NCBI RefSeq assembly: GCF_009834535.1
Contig: NC_045697.1
Location: 109,122,001-109,186,000 of the forward strand
Length of the DNA: 64,000 nucleotides
Direction: 5' to 3'
Source of the DNA: Camelus ferus
Taxonomy: Eukaryota
Made by a program: the position numbers and the translations under genes. Every line of letters starts with the position of its first letter. Position 1 is the first letter of the stretch. This document shows positions 1-13,035 of this stretch, piece after piece. The notes beneath the pieces are model-generated. The model was not told the origin of the DNA. It worked only from the letters and a program-made list of their open reading frames with translations, and did not search any database.

Positions 1-2660
1 TTCATATATTCAGCTTTAGTAAGTTCTGCCAGTTTCCAAAGTGGCTGAAGCAATTTGCACACCCACTAACAGTATATCCCTAGTTGCTCCACATCCTCAC
101 TAACACTAATTTTACTATTAGCCATTCTGGTGGGTAAAGAGTGGCATCTAATTAGGGTTTAAATTTGCATTTCCTTGCTGAGGAATGAGGTTGACCACCT
201 TTTAAGATGCGCCTTAGCCCTTTGGATATTCTCTTGTGATGTGCATGCTAAATCCTTTGCTCGCTTTTCTGCAGTATTTTTTTTTTCCTGTCCTTTACTT
301 AGTAACTTAAAGGACCTCTTCATTCATTCTGAATAAGCCCTTTGTTAGAAATATATATTGCATTTCCCTTTTTTCAGTCTGTGGCTTGCCTTTTCACTCC
401 TTCAAATGGTATCTTTTGATGAACAAAAGTTCTTTATTTTCATGTAGACTAATTAATCTATGGCTACTGACTTTCATGTCCTGTTTAAGAAATTTTAGCA
501 TATCTAGATAATACAAGAAAAATTCTCCTATGTTATCTTCTCAAAGTATATTTCTTTTACTTTTCACATTTAGATCTACAGTCAAGCTGGGTTTTGTTTT
601 GTTGTTTTCTTCATCATGTGAGGTAGAGATTAAGATGAGGCTTTCTCCATATGGATTTCCACTGACCCAGAATCACTTACTAAGAAGACTGTCCTTTCCC
701 CCACTGTACTACAATATCATCTTTGTTATAAATCAAGTGTCGGTTTGTTTCTGGTTTCTCTGTTCTGTTCCATTGATCTAGTTTTTTTCTCATGCCAATA
801 CCACACTGTCTTAATTACTTAGCACTATATCTTGTGATATCTAGTGTATTTCAGCTTTCTTCTTCTTCAAGATTGTCCTGGCTATTCTTGGCCCTTGGCC
901 CTTTGTATTTCCATATATAAAATTCTTTTCCATATATTTAAATTCTTGTCAAGTTCCATGTTTTTAAAAAACTGCCAGGATATTTTTAAGGTTTACATTG
1001 AATCTATGAATTTGGGGGAAATTGGTATCTTTACAATATTATATGCTCCAATTCACAAACATGATATATTCCTCCATTTTTCAGACTTTCTTTACTGTCT
1101 CTAAATAATGTTTATAGTTTCTGTATAGACATCTTGCACATCTTTTGTTAGAATTATTTCTAATATTTGTTTTTTTTATGCTGTTGTAAATAATACTGAG
1201 TTTTGAATTTAATTTTCTAATTATTTGTTGTGGATATTTAGAAATACAGTTGATTTTTATGTATTAACCTGTTTCCAGTATACCTGCTGAATTTAATTAT
1301 TAATTCTAAAAACTTATCCATAGATTGAGCTGGATAGATCCTTAATTTTATAAATCTTCTTTACACTTCAAATATTGTCTTCTAAGCTATTCATTTTAAG
1401 ACTATATGTTGTCCTCTAAGAGTGACTTTAGCTGCATCCCACATGTTTCAGTATGTAATATTTTTATTATATTCAGTTAAAATATTTTCCAATTCCATTG
1501 AGATTGCCTCTTTGAACCATGGGTTATTTAGTAGTACATTACTACTAATATCTTAATATTGTGGAATTGTCTATTTATTTTCTGTTATTGATTTCTTGCT
1601 TAATTCCATTTTAGTCATAGACATAATCTGTATGATTTCAATCCTTTGAGGTTATTGAATTTGTTGCATCGCCTAGCATTAGGTCAGTTTTGGTAAAAGA
1701 GCTATGTGAATATTTTTTAAAAATCTACTCTGCAGCTGTTGGGTGCAGGATTTAGAACATTTAAGTTAGGTCAGATTTGTGAATTGTGGGTTTCAAATTT
1801 TCCATATTCTTACTGGTTTGTTTGGTTTTTGTTTGCTTTTGTCTACTTGTCCTATCAGTTTCTGAGAGTTGTATGTTAAAATCTCCCACCTTGATTGTGG
1901 ATTTGTCTATTCCTTCTTTTGGATATGCCAATTTTTGTGTTATATGTTTTTGGACCTATGTTATTAGCAACATATAAATTTAGAATTGTTATATCTGCCT
2001 GGTGGATTGACCCAATTACCAACATAAAACATCCTTTCTTGTCTCTTTCTTCCCCTTCTGGGACTCCAATAATACACCATATCCCATCAGTCTTCTTATA
2101 TTCTTTACTATATTTTCCAATCTTTTTGATCTTCTTCCTTTAGTTTCAGTATTTTCTTTTGAACTCTCTTTAAGATCATTAATTCTCTCTTCAGCTGTGT
2201 ATAATTTGCTTTTCAACTCATCAGCTAAGTTCTTCATTTCAATTATTGCATTTCAGTTCAATCATTTCTACCTGGTGGCTTTTTAAAATTGAGATAATTG
2301 ATACATTGATTACTTTATTTAACTTTTTTTTCTTCCAGTTTTACTGAAATATAATTGATATATAGCACTGTATACTTTGTGGAGGGGAGGAGGTAGTTAG
2401 ATTTTATTTACTTTCTAATAGAGGTACTGGGACTGAACCCGGAACCATGTGCTTGCTAGGCACCTGTTCTACCACTGAGCTACACCATCCTCCCCCCCCC
2501 CAGTTACTTTTTATGGATTCCAGTCCTTTAATAAAACTTTCCATTTCATCATCTATTTTCTTAATCATATTCATTAGTTATTTTAAAGTCCCTGCCTGAT
2601 AACGCCAATATTTGGATCACCTTTGGATATGTTTTTATTGCCCATTTTTCACTTTCTTTG
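1..2660 (-). mobile_element. Ancient L1 (L1M-type) fragments, ORF2 then ORF1 region
   Basis: T-rich antisense L1 motifs (tttaaatttgcatttcc, gttccattgatcta, atgccaataccacactgtctt, gtatgttaaaatctccc); minus-strand ORF 2016-2237 (AEERINDLKES) resembles the L1 ORF1 coiled coil. Confidence 0.8.
2378..2500 (-). mobile_element. Camelid tRNA-derived SINE (Vic-1-like)
   Basis: Reverse complement of SINE head: gaggtactgggactgaaccc...accactgagcta. Confidence 0.85.
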
Positions 2661-2899
2661 TTTCTGAGCATTCCTGAAGGTCACCAAATTATACTAATTG
2701 GGTCAGCTATAAGTCCAAGCAGCAAATTTTAGATCTCATTCTAGCTTGGACAGCATTTAAGCCATCTCTTTTTAACTCATATTTTTCATAACTGCTAACT
2801 ATTTCCTATACTTTCAATGTTCAGTCTCATTCCTGATCATCGTAGCTGACAACCTAGATCTCTGAATGTATTAAGGTTTGAATTTATTGAGGTCTCCAC

Positions 2900-4040
2900 C
2901 TAAAGACTTCTTCTTATCTATCTTCTCTTCCTTCACTCCTGACTCAGAAGACAGGTCTCTCCTCTTTTGTCAAAGTATCTCTGACCTTGATCTCATTTCA
3001 GTTGACTCCTCCTAAGTATGCCCTATCAATTATTACTCCTCTTTCTTGAGTCTCTTAATCTCCTCTGGTTCCTTATTTTTTTTGTCATTCAACATGTTCA
3101 TATCTCCCCATCCCAAGACAAACAAACAATTCTTGCTTCAACCCTGTTACCTTCAATGGCTACTAATTCTAAACAGTCATGATGGCAAACTGTTCAAAAA
3201 AGTAATCTTTGTCTCAACTTCCTTAGCACCCATTCACTCCTTGCAGTTTAGTTTCTAGCCCCATCATTCTACAGAAACTCTTTTCAATAGCCTCCTTTGA
3301 CCTCAATCCTAAACCCAGTGGCCTCTCCCCAGTGTTCCTCTTCTTTGGCTTCTTTGTAACGTGGTCGTATGGTCTCCACTCTCCCTCCCCTGGCCTTCTC
3401 TGACATTTTTTCTTAGGTCTCCTACTTCTCTAAGAAATCCTTCTGTCTCCCTTGCTACATTGTCTCCCTTTTTCCGTTCTCTGTAGATGTTCTCCAGGGC
3501 TCTGTTCTAAGCTGTCTCCATCTCTCCTTCTCTCCCTGCTCTTTCCCCCTTTCACTGCCACATTCACATTCACCACTTCTCTTACTACCTTTTTGGGGCA
3601 GATGACTTCCCCAAAATTTATTTCCAGTTCCATTTTCACTCTTGACTTATAATGTCAGCTGCCTCCTGAACCCCTGAATGTCCTCCCAACCTCTCAAATT
3701 CCACACGTCCAAAATGAAACCATTTCTCCCCAAATCTGCTTTGCCTATCCTGTGTCCTCCCTCTGCTAAAGGTACCAACAAACTTCCAGTAACTCAAGCC
3801 TGAAATTCTGTAGTCATCACTGGCTCCTCACTTTCTTGCTCCCTCCAACCAATCAGACACTAGGTTATGTTACTCTCCAAAATGCTCTTCTTCTTGCCAT
3901 CATTACCACTCTAAGTTATTACTTTTGCAATAACTTAATGTACTTTGGTTCCTGTTTCTATATCTTCTTATCTCACTGGGTTGCTGCCAATAAACCAATG
4001 TTGCTTAATAGACACCGAATTAATACATGAACAACTGAAG
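2900..4040 (+). mobile_element. Degraded L2 LINE fragment
   Basis: Pyrimidine-rich L2-like motifs (ctcaaattccacacgtccaaaatgaaac, gtagtcatcactggctcctc); boundaries approximate. Confidence 0.55.
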
Positions 4041-4559
4041 CACAGTTTTAATTATGCTTCCTAATGGTTACCGCCCTATTGTTGACTAAATGAAATTCAG
4101 ACATCTTAGCCTGAGTTCCAAGCCCTCCGAATCTGGTTCTAGAATCTATCTCTGTTTTTCCAGCTGTAAATCTTTCATATCCACTGTTTCAGTCAAATAC
4201 CCCATCATTTGTCAAGCTGTGTCCTGCAATACAACAGTGCCCTTCATGAGCTTAATACTTGTTCCTCGATTTAAAAAAAAAGTTCTTTGATAATTAAATT
4301 TACCCGATGTCAAACAGCTTTCCTGCACAATCTCTCAAAGCCTTTATTATTCTAAAATATACTGTGAATTTCCAATTGAGGGGGAAAGTATGTGGTGTTT
4401 CTCAATGCTATTATTTGACCATGAACCCTGTTTAGGGGACCATCACTTATCTCACTAGACACTAATGTTCCCAGGAACACATTCTAAAACAGGCTAATAC
4501 AGATGCTCCTTTATTTCCCAAACATACTCCCTTCCTAACATCATTCTCTTATATTAGAA

Positions 4560-4772
4560 CAGTGGTTCTCACCAAGGTTGATTTTTCCCTCCAGGAGAAA
4601 TTTAGCAACGTCTAGAGACATTTTGGTTGTCGCAGCTGGGAGGGGTATCCAGTGGGTAGAAGGCCAGAGATGCTGCTAAACCTTCTACAATGCACAGGAC
4701 CTCTCCCCAACCCCCACAGCAAAGACTTACCCAGGTTGAAGATGTGAATAGTTCCAAGGTTGAGAAAGCCTA
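4560..4772. mobile_element. MER20 (hAT-Charlie DNA transposon MITE)
   Basis: cagtggttctc...ggttgagaaag terminal inverted ends and internal gagacattttggttgtc, ggccagagatgctgctaaac. Confidence 0.85.
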
Positions 4773-5189
4773 GAAAACCCTTCCCCTTACTTCCCTCTGC
4801 CAGGGAAAGCTTTACCCATTTCTTAAAGTCCAGGTCAAATATTTTCTCTTCAATGGATGCTTGATATTACAGCCAAGATCTTCTCCCTCTTAACCATCTA
4901 CAACCCTCTGTATATTTTGCTCTTATAGCATTAATCTAATTCTTTGCCATATTATACATACGTATGTACATTTAGAACATCTTATACTAGACTTAAGTGT
5001 TTAGTTTTCGAGTATAGGTATAATATTGTTGTCAATTTTTTCCTTTCTCCAAAAAGCTAGCACAAAAGAAACAGTATGTTCTTTCTTGAAAAACAAAATG
5101 AAGCTTGATTTAACTTCCTTTTCAGTCACCTCCTAAGCTTAATTATTCACCCAGTCTTGTCAGTTTTTCCTTTACATTTTCCTCATATT

Positions 5190-5330
5190 TAAAAAATTTT
5201 TTTTAATTCTTTTTTTTTGTGGGGGTGTGGGGGTACTTAGGTTTATTTATAGAGGAGGTACTGGGGATTGAACCCAGGACCTTGTGCATGCTAAGCACGT
5301 GCTCTACGACTGAGCTAGACCCTTCCCCCA
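5190..5330 (-). mobile_element. Camelid tRNA-derived SINE
   Basis: ggaggtactggggattgaacccaggacc...actgagcta preceded by a T-rich tail. Confidence 0.9.
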
Positions 5331-6699
5331 ACCCCACATTGTTTTATACCTTCAGTGCCCAGTGTCACTGCCCTGGTTCAGGCTTTATGGCTTTGTGCTC
5401 CTACTGCAACAGGGAGGGGAAAGGGTGTCCAGGAGAAGGCCCCACCCTGAAGTCCGACCCATGGCTCCGCCCCTTCCTACCTGCAGGGCCCCAGGCAGAG
5501 TGCTTGCCCCTCCCAGGAACCGCAGCACATCCTGCCAGCATGGAGGTGATTCTCTCTGCCTTACAAGGTTTCTGTGAGGGTCAGAGTTAAGTATATGAAG
5601 TACTTGAACCACAACGGGTGCTCAATAAATGGGCTCTGAAAGTCAATTGCTTCTGAAGGGGGCTTCCTAACCCCAGCCTCTGCTCTGAAGCCTTTTCTTT
5701 GAATCTCCATCACCCACAAAGCCTCAGCTGCTGGGATTCAGAGCTCTGGAGATTCCTTATCAATTTACTCAAAGAAATTTACCCCAAACTCTCAACTTCC
5801 GACAAAGGGGTCCATTCACTGTGCTTCAAACAGGCCTGAGCAGTCCCACCTCCACACTGCGGTTGGTGGGGCTCTCCTTCCTGGAAACCTCTCTCCTCCT
5901 GTACACGAATCCCGCCCAGGCTTCCATCTCAGCCCTACCTCTCCATTCCGTAAGGTCTCCTGAACCCTCTCCACCAACAGGGACCCTTACAGTCTTCCAG
6001 TAATGAATCAACTAATTTCCATTGCTTGATGGTTCCACATGTGGGGAACTATTAAAATACAAGTTTTACGATGATCTAGCTTTTTGTGTGTTCCCGTGCT
6101 TTCTTATGTTAGAGTGTAAGTTGCTTGAGGACAGTGGCGCTACCTTACCAAACTTGCCTCACATTACTAGAGGCTCCAAAAACAGTCAGCCCAAAATATT
6201 TGGTCTCCTCTTTGAGCATATCTTAAAAAGACTCTTCTCCTAAACCTCATGCCCACCTTTAGAGGGTTCCTCTGGTGTTGGAAGAAATGGAGAGTAATTT
6301 CACATGGATTCAACAGGGGAGCGGGGAGAGAGAGGTCAAGGCATCCAGGCATTGAGAAAATTCCTATAAACAAGAATAAAGGCAATCAGACACTAATATT
6401 TTAATTAATAATTTTAATGGCTTATCCAAAATAATCCTTCTGATTTGGGAGGATTAAATTCCACTTGACAAAACTACCAATCCATGTGGAAAGATGTCTC
6501 ACGTGCTGCTCTTGGCGTTACAGCAGGGCCTGGTGGGACAGAAGGGGTCATCCGGCAAAGGGCCCAGCTGGTGGGAGCTGCTGTCCCCAGGCCGGCGAGA
6601 CAGCTTGCACCAGGCGCCAGCCTTCTAAAACCAACAACCATCTGGAATAATTTGAAACCTAAAAAGAAGTTATGAGCGCAGGAAAACTACGTAGTACAC

Positions 6700-7108
6700 T
6701 CCCACAGACCGTTTAATTAGATTTACCTTTTTTTGCCCATTTTATTATTTGTGCTCATTCTCTCTCTTTTTTTTTCCTGAACTATTTGGAGAGTACATGA
6801 CATCTATTAAGGTCCCTTACTCAATACTTCTATGTGTATTTCCTAAGAATAGCACTATTTTCATATGTGACTACAGTAGAGTTATAAACTTTACTAAATC
6901 AAACATTGATACAGTTCTTTTACCTAATCTGCCATGTGTTCTCCAGTTTTGTTAACTGGCTCAGTAATGTTGATAGCATTTCCCCATCCCATGTAAGATG
7001 CAGTCTAGGATCAAGGAGTGCATTTAGTGCTCATGTTCCTTTAGTCTCCTTTATTCTGAATATGTTCACAGTTTATCTTTTGTAACATCAACAATATTTA
7101 TAAGGAAC
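6700..7108 (-). mobile_element. Old L1 3' region (L1MC/L1ME-like), resuming at ~9270-9820
   Basis: Motifs atgtgtatttcctaagaata and gcatttagtgctcatgttcctttagtctccttta; similar family motifs resume after the nested insertions. Confidence 0.6.
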
Positions 7109-7115
7109 ACAGTTC

Positions 7116-7477
7116 TTTTTTTTTTTTTTTTTGGTGGTGGCAGGATGGTTTATTAAGCTGTGTCTTAGCACAGGCACTGGGGATTTCCCATGGTGCTTTT
7201 AATGTACAAAGTTCAGATGTTCTGCCAATTTTTCTTGAGCAGTGACACCAGGAAGTTGACAGCTAAATGGATGTTGTACACAAGGTCATCATCTGTCATC
7301 TTCACGTGGCCAATAGCCGCTGCCACATACAGCACCATCTTCATCTGGAACTTGATCATGGACTTCACTCATCAACTTTGGCCACCATGTCCTCATTGTG
7401 GGTCAGCAAGGAGGGGAACGAACTTGTCAGCCTTATTCAGACCTAGGCCCAGGATTTCTGGGATCTGCTTGATCAGT
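7116..7477 (-). pseudogene. RPL10A: 5'-truncated processed pseudogene of ribosomal protein L10a (uL1)
   Basis: Minus strand translates as [100 protein letters not shown], matching the RPL10A C-terminus. No intron, AATAAA at 7149-7154, poly(A) at 7116-7132, flanking ACAGTTC duplication (7109-7115 / 7478-7484), two frameshifts and a premature TGA (7213-7215). Confidence 0.95.
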
Positions 7478-8754
7478 ACAGTTCATTTTTAAAAATAAAA
7501 TGTTTATAGGTTGGAAATCCTTAAGAAATCCCCACACACAAAAAACTTAGAATGAATAGTTGAATTCAGTAAAGTTGCAGGATACAAAATCAACACACAA
7601 GAATCAGTTGTGTTTCTGTACACTAACAATGAGTAATGTGAGAAGGAAATTAAGAAGCAATTCCATTTACAATAGCATTAAAAATAATAAAATACTTAGA
7701 AATAAACTTAACCAAGGAGGTTTCACTAAGAAGATGAAAGACACTAAAAACTACAAAACATTGTTTAGAGAAATTGAAGACATATGTAAATGGAAAAACA
7801 TTTAATACTTATGGATTGAAAGACTTAATATTGTTAAAATGTCATACTACCCTAGAGGATCTACAGATTCAATGAAATCCCTATCAAAATCTCAATGGTA
7901 TTTTTTGCAGAAATAGAAAAACCTATCTTAAAGTTCATATGGAATCTTAAAGGATGCCAAATAGCCAAAATAATCTCAAGGAAAGAAAACGAAGCTGGAG
8001 GCCTCACACTTCCCAATTTCAAAGCATATTACAAAGTCACAGTTATCAAAACAGTATGGTGCCAGCACAAAGACAGACGTATAGCCCAGTGAAACAGAAT
8101 AGAAAGCCCAGAAATAAGCCCTCACATATATGGTCAACTGATCTTAAGGTGCTAAGGTTACACAGTGGAGAAAGGCCAGTCTCTTCGACAAATGATGTTG
8201 GGAAAACTGGACATCCACGAGCAAAACAATGAAGTTGGACCCTTGCCTTACACCATATACAAAACTTAATTCAAAACAGATTAAAAACCTATATGTAAGA
8301 CCTGAAACCAAGAAACTCTTAGAAGAAAACAGGGGGAAAGCTTCATAAGATTGGATTTGGCAATGATTCCTTGAACATGACACTAAAAGTAACAAAAGGT
8401 AACAAAAGCAAAAATATACAAATGGTAATATATCAACTTTAAACATTTCTATACAGCAAAGGAAATAATCAACAGATTGAAAATGCAACCTATTGAAAGG
8501 GAAAAAATATTTGTATACTGTATACCTGGTAAGGGGTTGACATCCAGAGCATATAAAGAACTCATGCAACTCAACAACAAAAAGCAAACAATCCAATTTA
8601 AAACCGGACAAAACGACTTGAACAGACATTTCTACAAAGATATGCAAATGGTCAACAAGCACATGAAAAGATGCTCAACATCAATTAACATCGGGGAAAT
8701 GCAAATCAAAGCCACAATGAGATAACCCCTCACACTATGAAGATGGCCACTATC

Positions 8755-8778
8755 AAGAAAGAAAGAAAGAAAGAAAAA

Positions 8779-8830
<52 letters not shown>

Positions 8831-8901
8831 AGAAAGAAAGAAAGAAAGAAAGAAGAAAGAAGAAAGAAAGAAGGAAAGGAGGAAAGGAGGAAAGAAAGAA
8901 A
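8755..8901. repeat. (GAAA)n purine microsatellite
   Basis: Directly visible tandem gaaa units within the L1. Confidence 0.95.
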
Positions 8902-9059
8902 TGTTGGCAAGGATGTGGAGTAAAGAGAACTCTTTGTGCAGTGGTGCAGCCACTATGGAAAACAGAATGGTGTTTCCTTGAAAAATTAAAAATAGAACTA
9001 CCATATGATTCAGCAATCCCACTTCTAGGTATATAGCAAAAAAAAAAAAAAAAAAAAGT

Positions 9060-9148
9060 GAGGTGGGGTGGGTGTAGCTCAGTGGTAGGGCATGTGCTTA
9101 CCATGCATGAGGTCCTGGGTTCAATGCCAAGTACCTCCATTTAAAAAT
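9060..9148 (+). mobile_element. Camelid tRNA-derived SINE inserted in L1
   Basis: gtgtagctcagtggtagggcatgtgcttaccatgcatgaggtcctgggttcaat. Confidence 0.85.
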
Positions 9149-10059
9149 ATGCAGAGGGAATAGAGCAACTAGAAAAGCAAGGTCTTGAAGAAATATTTGC
9201 ACATCCATGTCCATAGCAGCATTATTCACAATAGCCAAGAGATTGAAGCAACCTAATATCCATCAGCAGATGGATCCAGTGGCCCCACTCATTGCTGATG
9301 TGAGTTTTGGTGAAGACATGGTCTTATTTCTCCACTGGATGAATACTCTGCCTCCCCTGTCACTCATGGGCAGTCCGTGAGGAGACATTTTGAGACTAAA
9401 AATATCCCATTTCTTACCAAAACGTCCCTTAAAGTTAGCATCCACTGAGCCATTCTTGTCTGCATAAGTCTTCATTATGATGGCTCAAAAGTGATGATTT
9501 TTCAGCATGAAAAATTTTCAAACAGCTTCAACCAGGATTTCCTTCACATTTATTGACTGGCACTGGGCATTCCACTATAAGCAAAAGCCCTTCTCACTCA
9601 TTCACTCATTCACTTATCTGTTTATAATTGGCATGCACTCATAGATTCCTATTTTTTTTAATGGTCTAGAATTCACCACTGTCCTCCATCATTTTCATGC
9701 TCAAACTGTTCCAGAAAAGGCCGGTGAGAGCCCCTCCCAGCTGCTCCTCCATCTTCGTGCTCCATCATTGTTTGAGCCACTGTTTACTTTCTGGCACCAC
9801 AAAATGTTTAGCATCTTTTAAAATCTTGGGTGAAATCAAGAGAGAGGGGGAGGAGAAAAGGAAAGAAGAAAAAGGAAGGAGGATGCCAGGGAGAGAGAGA
9901 GAGAGAGAGATGAGGAGGCACACTGTGGCAGGGACTCCAACGCACCAGTCCCTCCGAGAGGTGTGGCCGGGCCCCCAGCTCGTCCCAGAGAGCAGAGCCG
10001 TGGCCGGGGGAGACCAGGTGGACTCTGGCTGCTGGGCCTTGGAGGGAACAGGCTTTGTG

Positions 10060-10640
10060 TGTTGGTCATGACTCTGTCAGATGCAAATAATGGAAACCCA
10101 ACTCAAAACAGGAGAGAGAGAAAGATTGAGAATGCGTGGGCTTACAAGACTGAAAATGATGATGTTTCAACAAAACCTCATTCCGTTTCTAACAAAGCTG
10201 GGTCTGGTTGCTTCAATGGATGCCAGAAATCCATCCACCCACCCACCCACCCACCCATCCATCAGTCAATCTCTCTGTCTCTGTCTCCCCCATCTCCCTC
10301 CATCTCTCTGTTCTGCTTGGCTTCAGCCTGCGTTGGCTTTATTCTTGGTCAGCCTCTCCTCCCAAGTCTCAGAGGTGCCCCAGGCCAAGGTGCTGTTCAT
10401 CCTACAGGTTTGGAAGCCCCAGCAGAAACAGAGCACCTGTATCCTGATGGTAGTGACAACAGTCTCAGGAGTGTCCCTGGCTGGCTGGCAGCCTGAACCA
10501 GGCACTGTGCTGGGAGTGGCCATCCTCTCATTGGTCAGTCTTGGTCTGTGTGCCCCACCTCAGGGCACAAAGTCTGGGTGAGCTCCCCCAGACCACGTAG
10601 GCTGAGAATGGAGGGAGGGGCAAGTTCCCCAAAGAGACCT
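10060..10640 (-). mobile_element. Old MaLR LTR (MLT1J/K/L-like)
   Basis: gatgcaaataatggaaacccaactcaaa and gttggctttattct motifs; boundaries approximate. Confidence 0.5.
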
Positions 10641-10816
10641 TCGAGGACTTTTACCGAAAAGGAGGAAAGGCTGACACGAGATTCACCGTCTGTGGAACAG
10701 GGGGCACTGGTCCCAAATTTTGGCTTTGAGATGCACGGATAAACCACAGCCCAGCCTCTTTATGGTGACAACCTCTCTCCCTCTACACAAGGCCCCTTAC
10801 AAGAAAGGCAACCTTG

Positions 10817-11101
10817 TGCTCTCCAGCAGAAACTTACTGTTTATCTAACTTATATATAGTAGCTAGTATCTGCAAATCTCAAATTCCCAATTTACCCCTT
10901 ACCACCTGCTTTCCCCTCTGGCAACCATTAGTTTGTTCTTTATGTCTGTGAGTTGGTTTCTGTTTTGTATAAAGAATATGAAAAGGAATGCACGTATGCA
11001 CGTGGATGAAAGCTTTATGCTGCACACCAGAAACTGACACAACATTGTAAACTGACTATACTTCAATTTTGTAAAAAAGGATTAAAAAAAAAAGAGAAAG
11101 A
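10817..11101 (+). mobile_element. Short young L1 3' insertion with 5' inversion
   Basis: 10817-10970 is antisense L1 3'UTR, 10971-11100 is the sense 3' tip with A-rich tail; 16-bp TSD aagaaaggcaa(c/a)cttg at 10801-10816 / 11102-11117. Confidence 0.85.
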
Positions 11102-12625
11102 AAGAAAGGCAAACTTGAACTCTTCCCCCTGAAGACCGAGGCCTCTGTCCATCTGACGTGCTCCTGTCCCGGGAAGTGCTGGTGGCCAGCCGCTCCTCAC
11201 CAGCAGGGACAGGAGCAGGGCACTGACCCCAGGAGCACAGAGGACAGGGAAGCCCTAGCACTCACGGGGTGGCTCTCTCCCTCTGGACAGGTCCGGTTTC
11301 ATCACTTTCCCTCGGCCCCGCGGGCCCCACAGGGAAGTGTCTGTCACCCACGGGTGATGTGTTACGTCACAGCAGGTGGCATTCGGGCGCGCCATGCACA
11401 TAAGCTGCCAGGAAAGCTCTGGCAACCTGCTTATCTGGACGCCACCCTTGCTGAGTAAAGGGTCATTATCAGAATTATTCACACAGAATTCTAGCAGTGG
11501 GAAGTCTGCACAGCAGTCATTACATCACCCTCATTTTAGTCACTCCGTGCAGCTTGAACCTCAAAGGAGCCTGCCCTGCCCCTCCCCCCTCCATCCTCCC
11601 CCTGCCCCCTTCCCGCCCTTTTCCTGGCACCACAGAAGCCTCTGCCTTCCCCCACCCACCAGCCCCAAGGGAGAAGCTACATCAGGTCCGCCTTGGTCTC
11701 TCCTGCTGCCTGGGGTCTGTTTTCTGAGTTACACACCAGGAGGCCTCTGCCAGGGGAGGGCCTGGGTTGCTTCCCAATTAAACCCGCTCCTAGAATGATC
11801 CCTCCACTGAATTTGGTACCAAAATGTCAAAAACAAGCGATGTCATTGACCTGTGAAATTTCAGCTCTGGTTCCCACAGCGGCTGCCTGCTTTAAACCTG
11901 TCTTGTGAAGAAAAAAAAGACACAAGGATTCAGAGGGGAAGGCACCCTTCCAGAACCTGTAGACCCACCGAAACGTTTCCCAGCTCGCTCACTCGCAGCC
12001 GGCCTCGGTCCCCACCCCGGCCCCACCCACCCCTCCTGCACCTGCAGTCCCGCCCAGCACCCACAGATCCCCGTGCAAAACCCAGCCAGCTCCACCGAGG
12101 AGCTGTGGGAAAGAGGCGGGAACGGCGAATGCGGTTAACGAGGTGGGTTCAAAGGCGTGGGCGCCTTCCATAGACTGTCCAATAATGACACCTAACAATC
12201 GGGTGCCCTGAACTCCAAGGCTGGGGGCCGGGGGAGATGAAGGTTTATGGGGAAGGGAGAGATCTCTGTAGCCTATGTACTGATTTACTCTTAAAATGGG
12301 TTTCAAATAACTAGCTATGTACACACTTTTAAACAATGCTTTCGCTCCGAGGGGCACTCCCCCACCCCCAGCTCTGGGCGCAGCTGCTCCAGAAAACATT
12401 GACTTAGGAACGTGACGACTGTGACCTGTTGCCCAAAAGCAGGGTCTTGGTCCAGTAACACTTCTATGTTCCAAGTGGGCCAGATGTTCCCCTGGTTCTT
12501 AGGGGCCCAGAGGCCAGGGCTGAAAGGGATTCTGGACTGTGTCCAGCCAACTTCTCATCACCCAGAGGAAGAGAGGGGGCTACCCAAGGACACGGCTGTC
12601 CCGAGAGCACCCAGGTCTCGACTCC

Positions 12626-13035
12626 GTGCAGCCACTTCCTGGGGCTGCAGTAACAAAGCGCCTCAGCCTGGGGGTGCACCCTACAGAAGTGTATTGTCCC
12701 CCAATTCTGGAGGCTGGCAGTCCAAGATCAAGGTGTCAGCAGGGTCGGTTCCTTTTGAGGGCCATGAGGACACATTGCTCCTGGCCTTCTGCTTGGCTTG
12801 TAGAGGGACATCTTCACCTTCACCAGGCATTCTCCCCGTGTGGCCTGTGTCCAAATGTCCCCTTTGTACTGGGACGTCAGTCATGTAGGGTTAGGGCCAC
12901 CCTACTGACTTCATTTTTATTTGATTACCTCTATAAAAGCCCTGTCCCCAAGTAGGGTCGCATTCTGAGGTACAGAGTGGATAAAAAGCCTACATAATTT
13001 TTTTTTTGGTGGCAGGAGACATTCAACCCACAGCA
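12626..13035 (-). mobile_element. MaLR solo LTR (MLT1B/C-like)
   Basis: ttctggaggctggcagtccaagatcaaggtgtcagcaggg, ggtcgcattctgaggtac, acattcaacccacagca. Confidence 0.85.

Larger units (their letters stand above)
7510..9270 (+). mobile_element. L1 ORF2 3' portion (disrupted)
   Basis: ORF track fragments match ORF2p ([48 protein letters not shown]); interrupted by a microsatellite and a SINE. Confidence 0.95.

Noticed and set aside
8632..9140. ORFs rich in FLSF or KERK
   Set aside because: Translation of the (GAAA)n microsatellite plus L1 and SINE sequence
9697..10747. Overlapping 120-180 aa ORFs
   Set aside because: They overlap a GA-rich tract, simple repeats and an old MaLR LTR; no recognisable domain
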